From positions 51,641 to 115,640 of the IMG/VR virus record IMGVR_UViG_3300045988_183117: 64,000 bases of DNA, one strand, 5' to 3'. The stretch comes from a virus. A model generated the notes under the pieces. The model was not told the origin of the DNA and searched no databases. It saw only the letters and a program-made list of their open reading frames with translations. The stretch's first letter is position 1; each line of letters opens with the position of its first letter. The translations under genes were made by a program, and so were the position numbers. Below, in pieces: positions 1 through 10,039 of the stretch.

Positions 1-642
1 TGCCAATGAGAATGACGTCATTCGGGAGCCGGTCAAGTTCCTGCATCAATGCGATGGTGACGCGGCTCATTTCAGCGACGTCATCACGGCCGCCACGGCA
101 CATTCCGATAGCATCAATTTCATCAACACAAAGAACGCAGGGCGTGCGCTTTGCGTAATCGAACACTCTGCCGATGTTCTGCTGTGTCCGGCCAAGAGCA
201 GAATTGACAAGGCCAGAAAATTTCAGGAAAACAAACGGTAAATTTGCCTTGTGTGCAATGTAGCGGGCCAATTCAGTCTTACCAACACCAGGAAGGCCCG
301 TCAAAAGCAAAGAGCAAGTATAGTGGATGCCAAGCTCCTTGATGGCTAAAGCTGCTTTTCTGGTGGCCAAGAGCTTGTTGATGACTGTTTCTTCCTCCTC
401 GCGGAGCAGGAACCGGCTCTCAGGGAAATTCGTGGCATCCTCCGCAATCAAGAGGTTTTCCAGGTTGGCGGGCAGCTGAATCAGTTCCGGTTTCAGAAGA
501 TTCAACTTTCTGAGTTCGTTTTCTTTGAACCTGGCGTCCTTTTCGGGTACATTCTTTTCAAGCATGATTCGGCACTGAGTCTGCGCGTTACGAATATCGC
601 CATCCACCACAAATCGAATTAAATTACGTACGTCGTCTGTCA
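1..642 (-). CDS. AAA+ ATPase, N-terminal part (gene runs past the window start)
   Basis: Reverse translation from ATG at 642 gives MTDDVRNLIRF... Walker A is GLPGVGKT and Walker B is LCVDEID. AGGAGG lies 2 nt upstream; the short spacing leaves the start slightly uncertain. Confidence 0.7.
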
Positions 643-688
643 TTTCATTTCCTCCTAAAAAAGAAATAGGCCGCCAAATGGCAGCCTG

Positions 689-1642
689 TTAATATGAGGT
701 TATATTCTGATTTTTGTTTCTACTGCAAATAGTGTTTACCGTCGAAACAGAGAGATTATATTCAGTGGCAAGCGCCTGCACCTTCTCGCCTTCCCTGTGG
801 CGTTTAGCAATCAGTGCATTACGTTCCGTGTTTTTTCGCGGACGGCCGCGTTTCTGTAAAATTCCAGCTCTGACATTTTCCTGATGAAACGTTTCATAAA
901 TCGCCGTTTTAGAGATTCCGTATTCCTTGGCAATAGTGCTGACCGAGACCCCTCTTTCGATTTTGCTTCGAATATCGGAATTCCTTTGATTGGTCTTGTC
1001 TTTCAGCGCCTTGTGATAGTATTCCTGACAGGTTTTTCCAATTTGGCGCATGTCCTTGTAAAGAGTGGATTTTGAAATACCGTATTTCTCACAGATGTCT
1101 TTTGAGGACGTTCCTGCCTCATAATCCGCAAGAATCGCCTTGCGCCTTTCATCCAACTTTTTGGAATTTGTATGTAAATGCCCTGCAAGGACGGTACGGA
1201 CACTGCTTCGAGACAAAAAGTATTTTTTGGCGATTTCCTTATCAGTCATTCCGGCTTTCGCATCTTCCAACATAGCCGCATTGCGAACTTTCGTGGCAGC
1301 AGACTGCTTTTTCTTGTTCTTCTTAATCGTAGCTTGAGCGTATTCAGAAACAGTATAGTAGCACTGCTGATAGGTCACGCCATGCTTCTTTGCGATTTCA
1401 GCAACCGTCATCCCGGCTTTCGCATCTTGAATCATAGCTTCGTCGAGAGGTGCTCTTTTTGCTTTCTTTGCAAGATTCTTTTCTTTTGCTAGGTCTCTCA
1501 CCATGGCATAGCAATAAGAGCTTGAAAAATACGTTTCCTTGGCGATTTCCTTGACAGTTTTGCCAGAAAGATACATTTCCCGGACTTTTTCTCGGTCTTC
1601 TTTGACCTGCTGCTTCGCAACATCTTTCTTTGATGCAGCCAT
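689..1642 (-). CDS. Multi-HTH protein (5-6 tandem helix-turn-helix repeats), paralog family member 1
   Basis: ORF track 689..1657. ~50-aa units repeat the pattern K.IA.KYG.S..T.Y. The first ATG at 1657 contains the RBS, so the start is placed at the second ATG (MAASKK) at 1642. Confidence 0.6.
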   Translation of the reverse strand: MAASKKDVAKQQVKEDREKVREMYLSGKTVKEIAKETYFSSSYCYAMVRDLAKEKNLAKKAKRAPLDEAMIQDAKAGMTVAEIAKKHGVTYQQCYYTVSEYAQATIKKNKKKQSAATKVRNAAMLEDAKAGMTDKEIAKKYFLSRSSVRTVLAGHLHTNSKKLDERRKAILADYEAGTSSKDICEKYGISKSTLYKDMRQIGKTCQEYYHKALKDKTNQRNSDIRSKIERGVSVSTIAKEYGISKTAIYETFHQENVRAGILQKRGRPRKNTERNALIAKRHREGEKVQALATEYNLSVSTVNTICSRNKNQNITSY

Positions 1643-1646
1643 GCAA

Positions 1647-2165
1647 TTATTCCTCACTTTGACAACTTTTACTTTTCCCTGGGCCTGGACTATACCGCTT
1701 CATGGCGCGATATACGCTTCCCTTTTTGAGCCCGTATTCTTCCGCAAGCTCTTTGACAGAAACGCCGTTTTTGTATTTCCTGACCATCTCGGCGTTTCTT
1801 TTCTTGCCAGTCTCGATACGGTTTTGGCTGTGGATTTGTCGGCCATTCTTTCCGTGTGCATGAAGAATCCGATAAAAGAGCGTTCCACTGATGCCGTATT
1901 TTTCCTGAAGCTCCGGAGATTTTGCGCCCATCTCATATTCATGAATCATCTGGGTTTGCCAGGCTTTCTTCTTTGCTTTCCTCTGCCGGGCCTGTTCTTT
2001 GTAAAAGTCCTTCAGACTATATCGGACAGTAGAAACACAAATTTGATACTTTTCGGCCAGCTGTTTCTGGGACATACCGTTCTTGGCATCCTCCAGCATC
2101 TTTTCATTTCGCGCCCTGACTTTGTCATGAGTTAGACACACGTGGGTAATCTTGTTAATCGGCAT
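1647..2165 (-). CDS. Multi-HTH protein, paralog family member 2
   Basis: ORF track entry. Repeated HTH units such as GMSQKQLAEKYQICVSTVRYSLK. RBS AAGGAG lies 9 nt upstream. Confidence 0.6.
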   Translation of the reverse strand: MPINKITHVCLTHDKVRARNEKMLEDAKNGMSQKQLAEKYQICVSTVRYSLKDFYKEQARQRKAKKKAWQTQMIHEYEMGAKSPELQEKYGISGTLFYRILHAHGKNGRQIHSQNRIETGKKRNAEMVRKYKNGVSVKELAEEYGLKKGSVYRAMKRYSPGPGKSKSCQSEE

Positions 2166-2686
2166 TTTCGCTATTCTCCTTGGCTCTGGCTTTTACGTTA
2201 TACTGGTAAATCCCATTTTGATGAAGGATAAGGTAACCTAGTGAAGGGCTGATATTTACCTCCCTGCTCAACTCGATAATCGATTTTCGAGGATTTTTCT
2301 TGTAAGCATCAAGAAAAGTTTGGTTCCGCATCTTTTTCTCTTTTTTGAGAGCCGTTTCAATATGATTGTATTTTTGGCTTTCGTACTCTCCGCTCGAATG
2401 CAAGATTGCATAAATACGCTGCATAGAAATGCCGTACATCTTGCCCAATTCTCTGGCCGTCATACCGCCTTTATACTGTTTAACAATTTGCTCATTTCGA
2501 GTGGTAAGTCTCTTCCTCTTTTTTTCAAAATAACGAGGCGGCTCCTGCGTACCTTTTAGAATCTTGTAGCACATCGTTTCTGAAAGATTATATTCCCTCG
2601 CGATTTCTAAAATCGGCTTTCCATTTTTGTAATCTTCGATGATGCTTTTATTGCGGTTCATGCGTTCTTCTTTGTTTGACATAAAG
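2155..2686 (-). CDS. Multi-HTH protein, paralog family member 3
   Basis: Track ORF 2155..2820. Its N-terminal extension overlaps promoter motif A1, so the start is moved to MSNKEE, preceded by GGAGG. Confidence 0.6.
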
Positions 2687-2794
2687 CCTCCGATAAAAAG
2701 AAAGAGCAGGTTCAAAACTGAGCCCGCCCTAGCCTTTCGGTCGGATTTTGCCCGACCAACGATGTTTTTTGATGCCTTTCGTTCTATATTTTGT

Positions 2795-2822
2795 ATTATA
2801 TGCAATTCGCACAGATGCACAA
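2795..2822 (-). promoter_or_regulatory. Family A promoter A1 (TTGTGC-ATCTGTGCGAATTGCA-TATAAT)
   Basis: Read on the minus strand: a 16-nt spacer with the conserved core, about 110 nt upstream of the 2155..2686 start. Confidence 0.55.
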
Positions 2823-2920
2823 TGTTTTTCTTTCTGGTAATTTATGGTAAGTGTTGTGCAAAAAAATAAGACCACCACCCTTTTTGGGGCAGTGGTCTTG
2901 ATTGCTATTGCTTTTGAAAA

Positions 2921-3370
2921 TCAATCCAGTAGTTTTCCGGCCTTGTATGAGTGGTACAAATAGCTCGGATTACAATAGTAAGTTGCAGTATTAAAATCTG
3001 AGATGTCATCGCTAATGAACGAGGAAAATACATCAATTACATCCTGGACACTAGGAGTGCTAGTACAGTCAAAGATGATGCGCTGGTACACTTTTCCGAT
3101 ATCTGTATAAGATGGAACCTTGTAATGGCAGTTAGACACCGTATCATACGTTCCTTCCGGCACAGGAAAAAGCTCACAAATTTCATCGGCAGATTGCTCA
3201 AAGCTCTGGCAGTGAAACACATCCGCTGAGTCGAGAATTGCCTTGACTCCGTTTGTGCCAAGAGCAGAAACCACATCCTTGCGATGATTCCTCGTAACGC
3301 GGCCGATATATTCAATCAGGCTGCAGGTATAAAAGACATCGTTTTTGCTGTAGGTTGCAGTTTCAGTCAT
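2921..3370 (-). CDS. Hypothetical protein (possible DUF3791-like partner of the adjacent DUF3990)
   Basis: 149-aa ORF. Its start overlaps the upstream gene's stop by 4 nt (translational coupling). Domain assignment is weak. Confidence 0.5.
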   Translation of the reverse strand: MTETATYSKNDVFYTCSLIEYIGRVTRNHRKDVVSALGTNGVKAILDSADVFHCQSFEQSADEICELFPVPEGTYDTVSNCHYKVPSYTDIGKVYQRIIFDCTSTPSVQDVIDVFSSFISDDISDFNTATYYCNPSYLYHSYKAGKLLD

Positions 3371-3819
3371 ACTTCAATCGCCTCCTTAAAAGAGAGACAT
3401 TTCAAAGCGACTTCCGTGTGAAAGCTGATTTGATGCGTGGGATGCTTGAATTTTGCCAACGCCCAAAAAGCTTCACGGCTAATATCACCGCTTAGAAAGT
3501 CGTTGACGTAGTTCCAAATGGTGTCATCCGCCATGGGTCCTTCCACAATATCATAGTCATGATGTTTGCCCGAGCGACATATAGCAATAAAATCAAGCCA
3601 CTCATCACTCATTTCGGGGAATTTCTTAATATTTAGCATAGGAGATTCTGTATATTCAAACACGTTGACAATACCACGAGACCTGCCTTTTTTTGACCAG
3701 CGAGCGGCTTGTTCGTAGTTGCTAGTGCAATAGAATCCCCATGAAAAATCTTTGGCGTACCTTGTTTTTCTGACCTCAGGGTTGCGGACTATTACATCGC
3801 TGCCATGATACAGAACCAT
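3367..3819 (-). CDS. DUF3990 family protein
   Basis: Motifs MVLYHGS, DFSWGFYCT, QAARW, YDIVEGPMADD and HQISFHT. The start is moved to MVLYHGS, with RBS AAGGAAG 8 nt upstream. Confidence 0.7.
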   Translation of the reverse strand: MVLYHGSDVIVRNPEVRKTRYAKDFSWGFYCTSNYEQAARWSKKGRSRGIVNVFEYTESPMLNIKKFPEMSDEWLDFIAICRSGKHHDYDIVEGPMADDTIWNYVNDFLSGDISREAFWALAKFKHPTHQISFHTEVALKCLSFKEAIEV

Positions 3820-3940
3820 TATTATCACTTCCTTGCATATATTATACTTGTTTTTATGTGTTAACACAATCATTTCGTATGATTTTGGTTCCTACGCTTT
3901 CTGCTGAAAGAATCCGAATCAAAGTTTCGTTCTAGGAGTA

Positions 3941-5374
3941 TCAGCTGTTCGATTCACCCGGCAGCCACTGCTGCGGATAAGCACGAAGGCGGTTACTCGG
4001 CACGCAGTCATTCAGAGCAGAGTTCTCAGCAAGCGCCATATCAATGATGTAGTAATCATTGCCGTTGCGCATTACATCGACGCTCCACTGCCCTGTCAAC
4101 TCAATGCGAGGAATAACCTTCTTCAGTTCAGCCAGAACAGTTTGAACGCTTTCGTGGTAACGCTGGTTCAGAATGTCTTCATGCATCTTGTAGACAACAT
4201 AATCATGGCGTTCCTGTGGGCTGCTGACTTTTTTGAATTCGTTCTTCATAACATCGCTGCGCCAATAAGGACTTGCGCCAAGGATTTCCTTTGTATCAAA
4301 ATCCACAAACACGCGATATTCAGTGTGCAGCGGCAAACCGTTGTAGATGGTGGGGTTATTTTCTTTGTCCTTGATGTATTCTCTGACGACCCACTCGTTC
4401 GTGGTGTTCGCGCCGTAGAAGCAGCGATTGTTCAGAGGGGATGCCATCGAGCATGTCAGATGATTCAAAAACAAGAAATACTCGCCCATCTCATTGATTT
4501 CCTTCGGGTTATGGATATGAGCGTTGCGGAATTCGTATTTGGAAGAATACGTGCCCGTTTTGATAAAATAGTCTTCGTATCCATCAAGATGGAAGACTTT
4601 CTGGCAATAACGGTTCACGATTTCCTTTGTAACGGGATTCAACGTCTCGAAACCAAGGCGGGTAAGCTGCAGCATGGTGATAGGTACGCGAAGAATTTTT
4701 GTGTCCGGAACCTTGAAAAATGCGCTGCCGTACAATCCCTCTACCAGAGGAGGAAACCAGAAGCCCATAGAGTTGGGGTTCATCTCAAGCATCTGATAAG
4801 TGAAGTCATCAAGGTCGAGGATGTCAAGACCTTGACGGAACATGTTGTAGTAGAACATTTTTGTGCTGTCGTTCTTTGCATTCTTGTAGCCTGCGTAGTT
4901 TTGAAGCAGTTCCTTGTACGACGGCTCAGAAATGTCAATCTTCATCAACTTTCCGGTGAGCTGCGGACGGAGTTCTTCGGGGTAGCGTTTCAACTCCTCG
5001 TTTGTAACCTCTGTCATAAAGTCGCGGTTGGCAGAGTATGTCACATAATAGCCACCGCGTTCCGCGTTGTAGATGTACAGACGCGTTTCAAGCACCAGTT
5101 CTGTGACGATGCGGTCAATGAGCGAATTGAGTTCCGGTGGGAAGTAGACCTTTTTGTCGAGAATTGCTTTGACTGTAGCTGTATCCCACTGGAGCATATT
5201 TTCATGCAGCTCTCCGCTTTCAAGAACCTGTGTCTTATAGACCTCATCAAAGGTTTTGAGGGCATCAGGGTTAGTTTTGAGCATTGCTGCAAGCTCCTCA
5301 TAGGAAAACGGCTTATCTTTCTTATCGGTTAAGATGGCGCTGATTTGTTCAAACATGTCTTTTGTTTCAGTCAT
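3941..5374 (-). CDS. Hypothetical 477-aa protein (possible ATP-grasp-like C-terminal region)
   Basis: Long ORF with protein-like composition. The C-terminal TEYRVFVDFDTKEILGASPYWR is reminiscent of ATP-grasp strands. No firm motif assignment. Confidence 0.55.
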   Translation of the reverse strand: MTETKDMFEQISAILTDKKDKPFSYEELAAMLKTNPDALKTFDEVYKTQVLESGELHENMLQWDTATVKAILDKKVYFPPELNSLIDRIVTELVLETRLYIYNAERGGYYVTYSANRDFMTEVTNEELKRYPEELRPQLTGKLMKIDISEPSYKELLQNYAGYKNAKNDSTKMFYYNMFRQGLDILDLDDFTYQMLEMNPNSMGFWFPPLVEGLYGSAFFKVPDTKILRVPITMLQLTRLGFETLNPVTKEIVNRYCQKVFHLDGYEDYFIKTGTYSSKYEFRNAHIHNPKEINEMGEYFLFLNHLTCSMASPLNNRCFYGANTTNEWVVREYIKDKENNPTIYNGLPLHTEYRVFVDFDTKEILGASPYWRSDVMKNEFKKVSSPQERHDYVVYKMHEDILNQRYHESVQTVLAELKKVIPRIELTGQWSVDVMRNGNDYYIIDMALAENSALNDCVPSNRLRAYPQQWLPGESNS

Positions 5375-5444
5375 TTGTGGTCTCCTTTTCTAAAAAAGCC
5401 ACCGTTTCTGTAGGAAAACAGTGGCAATATATAAGTGATATGGT

Positions 5445-5918
5445 TTAGCTTGCAATGTACAACTCGCTGTTGGAAATGTTCTCCAGCCAGTTTTTGTTCA
5501 TTACATTACCAAAACGATATTTCTTCTGCGACTTGTAGGACCAATCGCAGCCGGAAACGACATCACCGATGGCGTTCAAGTACAGCTCGCCGCTGTAAAA
5601 GTCGATATCGCCGTGCTTGGCCAGAACCGCGTCTACGGTTTCTACGGGCACATACCCGTAGACCGTAGCCAGCGGTGCCTCGTCGTCTTCAGCAAACGGC
5701 AGAAACTCTTCGACCTCCTCAGACAAGTAGCTGAGTTCGACCTTAGAGTAATTGCCGTCCGACAGGTCTTCGTTCGGTATGCAGTAGTGCATGCCACTTG
5801 CCTGAATCGACAGGGTGAAGCCGTCTGCACAAACTGCTTCCGGACGAAGTGCAGCAGTACCAAAGATGGTCTTGCTGAAGGTTTTGCGGAGAAATTCGTT
5901 GGTATTGAAAATAGCCAT
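5445..5918 (-). CDS. Hypothetical protein, paralog of 50231..50581
   Basis: MAIFNTNEF...CADGFTLSIQASGMHYC...YGYVPVETVDAVLAKHG aligns with MNTIMNTAEF...CADGFKMSIQASDEHYC...YGYVPLTVVDAIIAKHG in the other copy. Confidence 0.6.
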   Translation of the reverse strand: MAIFNTNEFLRKTFSKTIFGTAALRPEAVCADGFTLSIQASGMHYCIPNEDLSDGNYSKVELSYLSEEVEEFLPFAEDDEAPLATVYGYVPVETVDAVLAKHGDIDFYSGELYLNAIGDVVSGCDWSYKSQKKYRFGNVMNKNWLENISNSELYIAS

Positions 5919-5953
5919 AGTAATATGCTCCCTTTCTGTGTGTGAGATGTTTC

Positions 5954-6718
5954 TTAGATGTACTTTTCCCAGAAGCGCTCGAACTCTTCGTCCGGCATCT
6001 GGGCTTCGGTTTCATCCATCACGCGGTCGTAAGTATCGCTGGAAATGTCGGTCCCGACAAAATCAGCAACAGCCTCATGTCCGCGCTTCTGGATGGCGTC
6101 CTTCAGGATAGCCCAACGACATTCGTGAATGGCATCATCCAGCGTTTTGTTGCCATCAGGCTGCCAATACTCGCCTGTCTGCTGAATTCTATAAAGCTCA
6201 TCCAGCGCATCATCAACATTGTTTTCGAGAAGAATATCGTCAATAAAATTGATAGGATAATCCTTGCCGTTGATTTTCACTTCTGCATAACTGAACGAGT
6301 CATCATTATCGGGGCTTGCGCAGCATTCGACAGCAAAAACTTCATGGGTTTTGCGGTTGGCTTTGCATGGCAGATTGAACATTGCACCGGAATCAAAGCA
6401 GGACTCAATGCAGGCATTGACCACATCGCTTACGGGAGACTCTGCAGCCTCCTGATATTCCGGCATGTGCCAGATGTCGATGCTTGCCTTGTTGGTATCC
6501 TCAATGTTGCGGACCTTCAAGACACGGACACCCTTCTTCTCCATGTGAATGACGGCACGGCACAGGTCCACACGGATTTCGTGTGAATCCATAATGGTGC
6601 CACGGTCATCCTTAGGTAGGAAGATTTCGATAACTTTGTTGATATCGGGGGTTTCGGCGACGAAATAGACTTTGTCATCGTGAATTTTGAACATTGCATT
6701 ACGCTCCTTCTTGTTCAT
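5954..6718 (-). CDS. Hypothetical 254-aa acidic protein
   Basis: ORF track entry. Promoter A2 lies about 100 nt upstream. Confidence 0.55.
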   Translation of the reverse strand: MNKKERNAMFKIHDDKVYFVAETPDINKVIEIFLPKDDRGTIMDSHEIRVDLCRAVIHMEKKGVRVLKVRNIEDTNKASIDIWHMPEYQEAAESPVSDVVNACIESCFDSGAMFNLPCKANRKTHEVFAVECCASPDNDDSFSYAEVKINGKDYPINFIDDILLENNVDDALDELYRIQQTGEYWQPDGNKTLDDAIHECRWAILKDAIQKRGHEAVADFVGTDISSDTYDRVMDETEAQMPDEEFERFWEKYI

Positions 6719-6720
6719 AC

Positions 6721-6765
6721 AAAAAGGGCGGGCTCCCTAAAAACAGGAAGTCCGCCCTTTAAGCG
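6721..6765 (-). terminator. Rho-independent terminator after 6878..8038
   Basis: AAGGGCGGGCTCC...GGAAGTCCGCCCTT hairpin with flanking T/A runs. Confidence 0.5.
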
Positions 6766-6814
6766 AAATTGTGAATGTACGAAAGGCATAAAACCCTTTC
6801 GATATAGAATGTTA

Positions 6815-6859
6815 TCTATCGTACAATTTTTATTGTAGTCGGTTCGCACAGCTTGTCGA
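6815..6859 (-). promoter_or_regulatory. Family A promoter A2 plus downstream element TTGTACGATAGAT
   Basis: TCGACA-AGCTGTGCGAACCGAC-TACAAT, then TTGTACGATAGAT a further 7 nt downstream. Confidence 0.5.
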
Positions 6860-6877
6860 GTAAATCAGGTGCAATTT

Positions 6878-8038
6878 TTATGGTTTGCAAATCCCACACG
6901 CCGAATACCCTTCCTGGATGAGCTCATCGCGGGGCCCCATATAGTCGATTCGATTCTTTTGACTCATCGATTCGACTGCAGAGCAATCGGGTTTGTGAAA
7001 CTTCATAGTGCTCGTGTTCAGAACGTATGTCTCGTCTATGACAAGTGAAGCTTTGTCCTGTTCATCCTTGGAATCTGCAGCACTACCGGCTTCAATCCGA
7101 TTTTCATCATGATATTCACCGGAAGTGAAACTTACCTCTTTGCCATCCGAGGTGCAGTAAATATCACCCAGCAGGTCTGTGCGATAAACCTCGACACCTT
7201 TGTTTTGCAGCTTGTCGAGTGTTTCCTGATGTGGATGACCGTAACTGTTCCCTGTGCCACAAGAAATCACAGCATATGTTGGATTTACCGCATCCAGAAA
7301 AGTCTCTGAGGTAGATGTACTTGAGCCATGATGCCCTACTTTCAGAACTGTTGACTGAATGTCTTGTCCCGATGCAAGTATCACGTTTTCCGCTTCCTGT
7401 TCTGCATCTCCGGTAAAGAGGAACGAGGTGTCTCCATAGACAATACGCAAAACAATCGAAGTATTGTTCGTGTCATCGGGAACAGAATTAACACCAACTA
7501 TCGTGAATTCTGCTTTCCCTAGAGTATAAGTGTCTCCCACATCCGGTATCGTGATGCCTCCGCCTTTCTGTTCCGCGTGGCTTGCAAAGTCCCGAAATGC
7601 TTTGCTGTCGTATTCTGTCACAGGGCATAGAGTCATGTCCGCAGTGACGGCCTCAAAGGCACCGGACAAGCCGCCGATGTGGTCTTCGTGCGCGTGAGTC
7701 CCAACGACATAATCCAGGTGCCCATCGGTTTCACGCTGCATAACAGAATATAAGAGGTTAGAATCATCGACATTACCGCCATCAATAAGCATTGAGTGGC
7801 CGTCGCAGGTGATAAGGGCGGAATCCGCCTGCCCTACGTCTATAAAGTGAATGGTAAAGCTGCCGTCCACCGAACCGCCAGCCGTCTGTTCACTGCTTGC
7901 AGTGCTTTCTGAGACGACCCCGGTGCTGGATGGACTTTCCGATATTATCGGATTCTGACCGCAGCCGGTGAAGCTGAGTGCAAGGAGCGTAGCGATGATT
8001 GCCGCCGTGCTCCGGAATAGATTGTTTTTGAGTTTCAT
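6878..8038 (-). CDS. Lipoprotein with an MBL-fold metallo-hydrolase domain (ComEC C-terminal-like) and a Cys-rich C-terminal tail
   Basis: Signal peptide plus lipobox LALSFTGCG. HAHEDHIGG is the HxHxDH motif. The C-terminus is CSAVESM...YSACGICKP. Confidence 0.75.
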   Translation of the reverse strand: MKLKNNLFRSTAAIIATLLALSFTGCGQNPIISESPSSTGVVSESTASSEQTAGGSVDGSFTIHFIDVGQADSALITCDGHSMLIDGGNVDDSNLLYSVMQRETDGHLDYVVGTHAHEDHIGGLSGAFEAVTADMTLCPVTEYDSKAFRDFASHAEQKGGGITIPDVGDTYTLGKAEFTIVGVNSVPDDTNNTSIVLRIVYGDTSFLFTGDAEQEAENVILASGQDIQSTVLKVGHHGSSTSTSETFLDAVNPTYAVISCGTGNSYGHPHQETLDKLQNKGVEVYRTDLLGDIYCTSDGKEVSFTSGEYHDENRIEAGSAADSKDEQDKASLVIDETYVLNTSTMKFHKPDCSAVESMSQKNRIDYMGPRDELIQEGYSACGICKP

Positions 8039-8056
8039 ACTTTTTCTCCTTTCAAC

Positions 8057-8098
8057 AAAAAAAGCGGACCTACCCCGCTATGGGATAAGTCCGCTTAA
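8057..8098 (-). terminator. Rho-independent terminator after the 8179..8509 small-protein genes
   Basis: GCGGACCTACCCCGCTATGGGATAAGTCCGC hairpin followed by a T7 run on the minus strand. Confidence 0.55.
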
Positions 8099-8147
8099 AA
8101 TACAGATTGTGAATCCTACTGATTTTTAGTATCTGTTCACATTTTAT

Positions 8148-8175
8148 ATTGTACGGCGTTCGTATATTTTGGCAA
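8148..8175 (-). promoter_or_regulatory. Family A promoter A3 (degenerate core)
   Basis: TTGCCA-AAATATACGAACGCCG-TACAAT, upstream of 6878..8038. Confidence 0.4.
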
Positions 8176-8178
8176 GCG

Positions 8179-8391
8179 CTATTTTTCCCCAAACTTGATG
8201 TCGATATATACAATCTCAAAGCACAGTGCAGCGCTCAAGGCAAATCCGAGAACGATATACGACGGGTGAGTTAAGGACCAGCCAGGATTCGCTAGATACC
8301 CATGCCAATATCTAATGTTAAGTACAAAATTAAACACCGGCAGAATTAGATACCAGATGCTTTCCAGCACAATTTTGATGTCTTTTCGCAT
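8179..8391 (-). CDS. Small membrane protein (70 aa)
   Basis: Two hydrophobic helices. Confidence 0.4.
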   Translation of the reverse strand: MRKDIKIVLESIWYLILPVFNFVLNIRYWHGYLANPGWSLTHPSYIVLGFALSAALCFEIVYIDIKFGEK

Positions 8392-8392
8392 T

Positions 8393-8509
8393 TCACTCGC
8401 CTCGAAATTCGAGCGGAATCATGGTCCGGCGCTTTTGGCTTTCTGAATACCAGATAACGCCAAATCCGACCAGGATAGCGAAAATGATGATTTTCAAAAG
8501 CTTCTTCAT
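8393..8509 (-). CDS. Small membrane protein (38 aa), not in the ORF track
   Basis: MKKLLKIIIFAILVGFGVIWYSESQKRRTMIPLEFRGE, with RBS AGGAGAAATAA upstream. Its stop abuts the start of the next gene. Confidence 0.3.
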   Translation of the reverse strand: MKKLLKIIIFAILVGFGVIWYSESQKRRTMIPLEFRGE

Positions 8510-8686
8510 TTATTTCTCCTTTTATGCTGCGGATGCAAAGATGTCACCGCAAGGGCAGTTATAAAACATTTTATACCGACTTGTCACGGCCGATATATCC
8601 CAATTCTTAATATCTCTCTCCTTTTTTAGAAATTTTTTATCGCTGCGAATATCTTTATGGCATCGTGATATTCGCAGAATAATTGT

Positions 8687-9352
8687 TTATGCTTTGCTCA
8701 TTTTTGTCAGTCGCTTAGCAACTGACATGATGAGCCATTTCTGGGTTTTCTCCGAGAGTTGGCGGGGCTTGCATTCGATTTTCTTGCGAATCCCGCAGGT
8801 ATTTTCGCCGTTGTAATATAGCAGAACTCCTATACCATCAGGAATCTCATCTTTGACCTTCTTGTATAGCGCTAACGGCATCGCATAGTAGTTACAGTGC
8901 CCCACAAAGTTGTGGCCATGGTCAGAGTGAAAGTCACTCACGGAAACCTTAATTTCCACGCAGGTGACGACGGTGTCGATGGTGTATGTATGTTTCGTCT
9001 TATATAGCCTGCAGAACCGTTCCGTACACGGTTCATTACGAAAACTCCAGTTGGCGATATCTTTAGGGCATGATACTTCCTGCGTCCACTGCCGGACGGA
9101 CGGCATAACTAAGTCTCTGTCCTCATCCCTGTACATTGAGAGTTTGCAGGTCCCACATTTTGTTTCTGATGTGAAGCACTCTTGGACCCGAACGAAGTCA
9201 ACAAGGCCGGATTTTATCGAACCGCACTCGACAGGTACTTCCAGAGCGTCGAAGCCTTGACGGAACGAATCAACCCGGTATCCACCATAGCTAGTAGGAT
9301 GCCAAACCTTTAGCGCTGATTCGATTTTTTGAGTCAGAAGAGTTTTTGCCAT
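8687..9352 (-). CDS. Putative PD-(D/E)xK nuclease-fold protein (MmcB-like)
   Basis: IDTVVTCVEIKVS gives a D...E.K motif. Start moved to MAKTLL with RBS GAGGATTGGAG. Confidence 0.45.
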   Translation of the reverse strand: MAKTLLTQKIESALKVWHPTSYGGYRVDSFRQGFDALEVPVECGSIKSGLVDFVRVQECFTSETKCGTCKLSMYRDEDRDLVMPSVRQWTQEVSCPKDIANWSFRNEPCTERFCRLYKTKHTYTIDTVVTCVEIKVSVSDFHSDHGHNFVGHCNYYAMPLALYKKVKDEIPDGIGVLLYYNGENTCGIRKKIECKPRQLSEKTQKWLIMSVAKRLTKMSKA

Positions 9353-9366
9353 GGCTGCTCCAATCC

Positions 9367-9660
9367 TCATCGAATGATTTCGTGCGCAATAACGTCGGAT
9401 TCCGTACAAAAGATATCGCTGTAATCGGCCTCATCATTGCCCGCACAGACCTCATGCTGATATGGTGCCGTGCCCTTGCGTTCAATTTCAATGCGCCAAA
9501 TGCCATCGATATAGCGCACGACAATAATGGTATCGTCGTCCAGGAATAACCGAACTCCCTTGATATCGAAGCAACCAATTTCATCGACTCCATAGTTGGA
9601 ATTTTCCAGGCAGACAAGGTCGTCACTGGACCCATAAATTTTGACCACGTTGCACCTCAC
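9367..9660 (-). CDS. Hypothetical small protein
   Basis: ORF track entry. ATGA overlap with the upstream gene. Confidence 0.45.
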   Translation of the reverse strand: MRCNVVKIYGSSDDLVCLENSNYGVDEIGCFDIKGVRLFLDDDTIIVVRYIDGIWRIEIERKGTAPYQHEVCAGNDEADYSDIFCTESDVIAHEIIR

Positions 9661-9932
9661 ACCGTTTTCTGTTCGCTGGTGACAATGCGCGGGATGAATA
9701 GAAATTCAGTTTTTCTTGTTTCAGCGTTGGTTCTCCGAATGACCGTGCCATCCCGAACGATTTTCACGCCATCCTTATTGATGACAGGCTTTTCTTTGCC
9801 GACGAAGTTCATCAGTTCCAGCTCTTCAACAGTGTAGTTATCCCGGTGCAGCCATTCCGTGAGCTCACCGTCATCGTCGAAAACCGGGATAGCCTCGCTT
9901 CCCAGCGTGCTCCTTGCTTCAAACTTATTCAT
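9657..9932 (-). CDS. Hypothetical small protein
   Basis: ORF track entry. RBS GCAAGGAGAC. Confidence 0.45.
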   Translation of the reverse strand: MNKFEARSTLGSEAIPVFDDDGELTEWLHRDNYTVEELELMNFVGKEKPVINKDGVKIVRDGTVIRRTNAETRKTEFLFIPRIVTSEQKTV

Positions 9933-10039
9933 AGTTTTTGTCTCCTTGCAACAATTTTTTATGCGATTTATCGGAATTTTTGGGGCTATATCTTAGTTTT
10001 GCAACATCCATATAGCTGCAAAGACTCAAGTTGATGGCA

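Noticed and set aside
2687-2820. N-terminal extensions of ORFs 2155..2820, 22160..22447, 26223..26822 and 50231..50728
   Set aside because: These extensions are translations of the conserved promoter motif itself. MPICANCRQ is one example. Starts were moved to the first ATG with an RBS downstream of the promoter.
4142-5332. 396-aa plus-strand ORF
   Set aside because: It is fully antisense to the protein-like 3941..5374 gene. Its composition is low-complexity and hydrophobic, and it has no RBS. I treat it as a shadow ORF.
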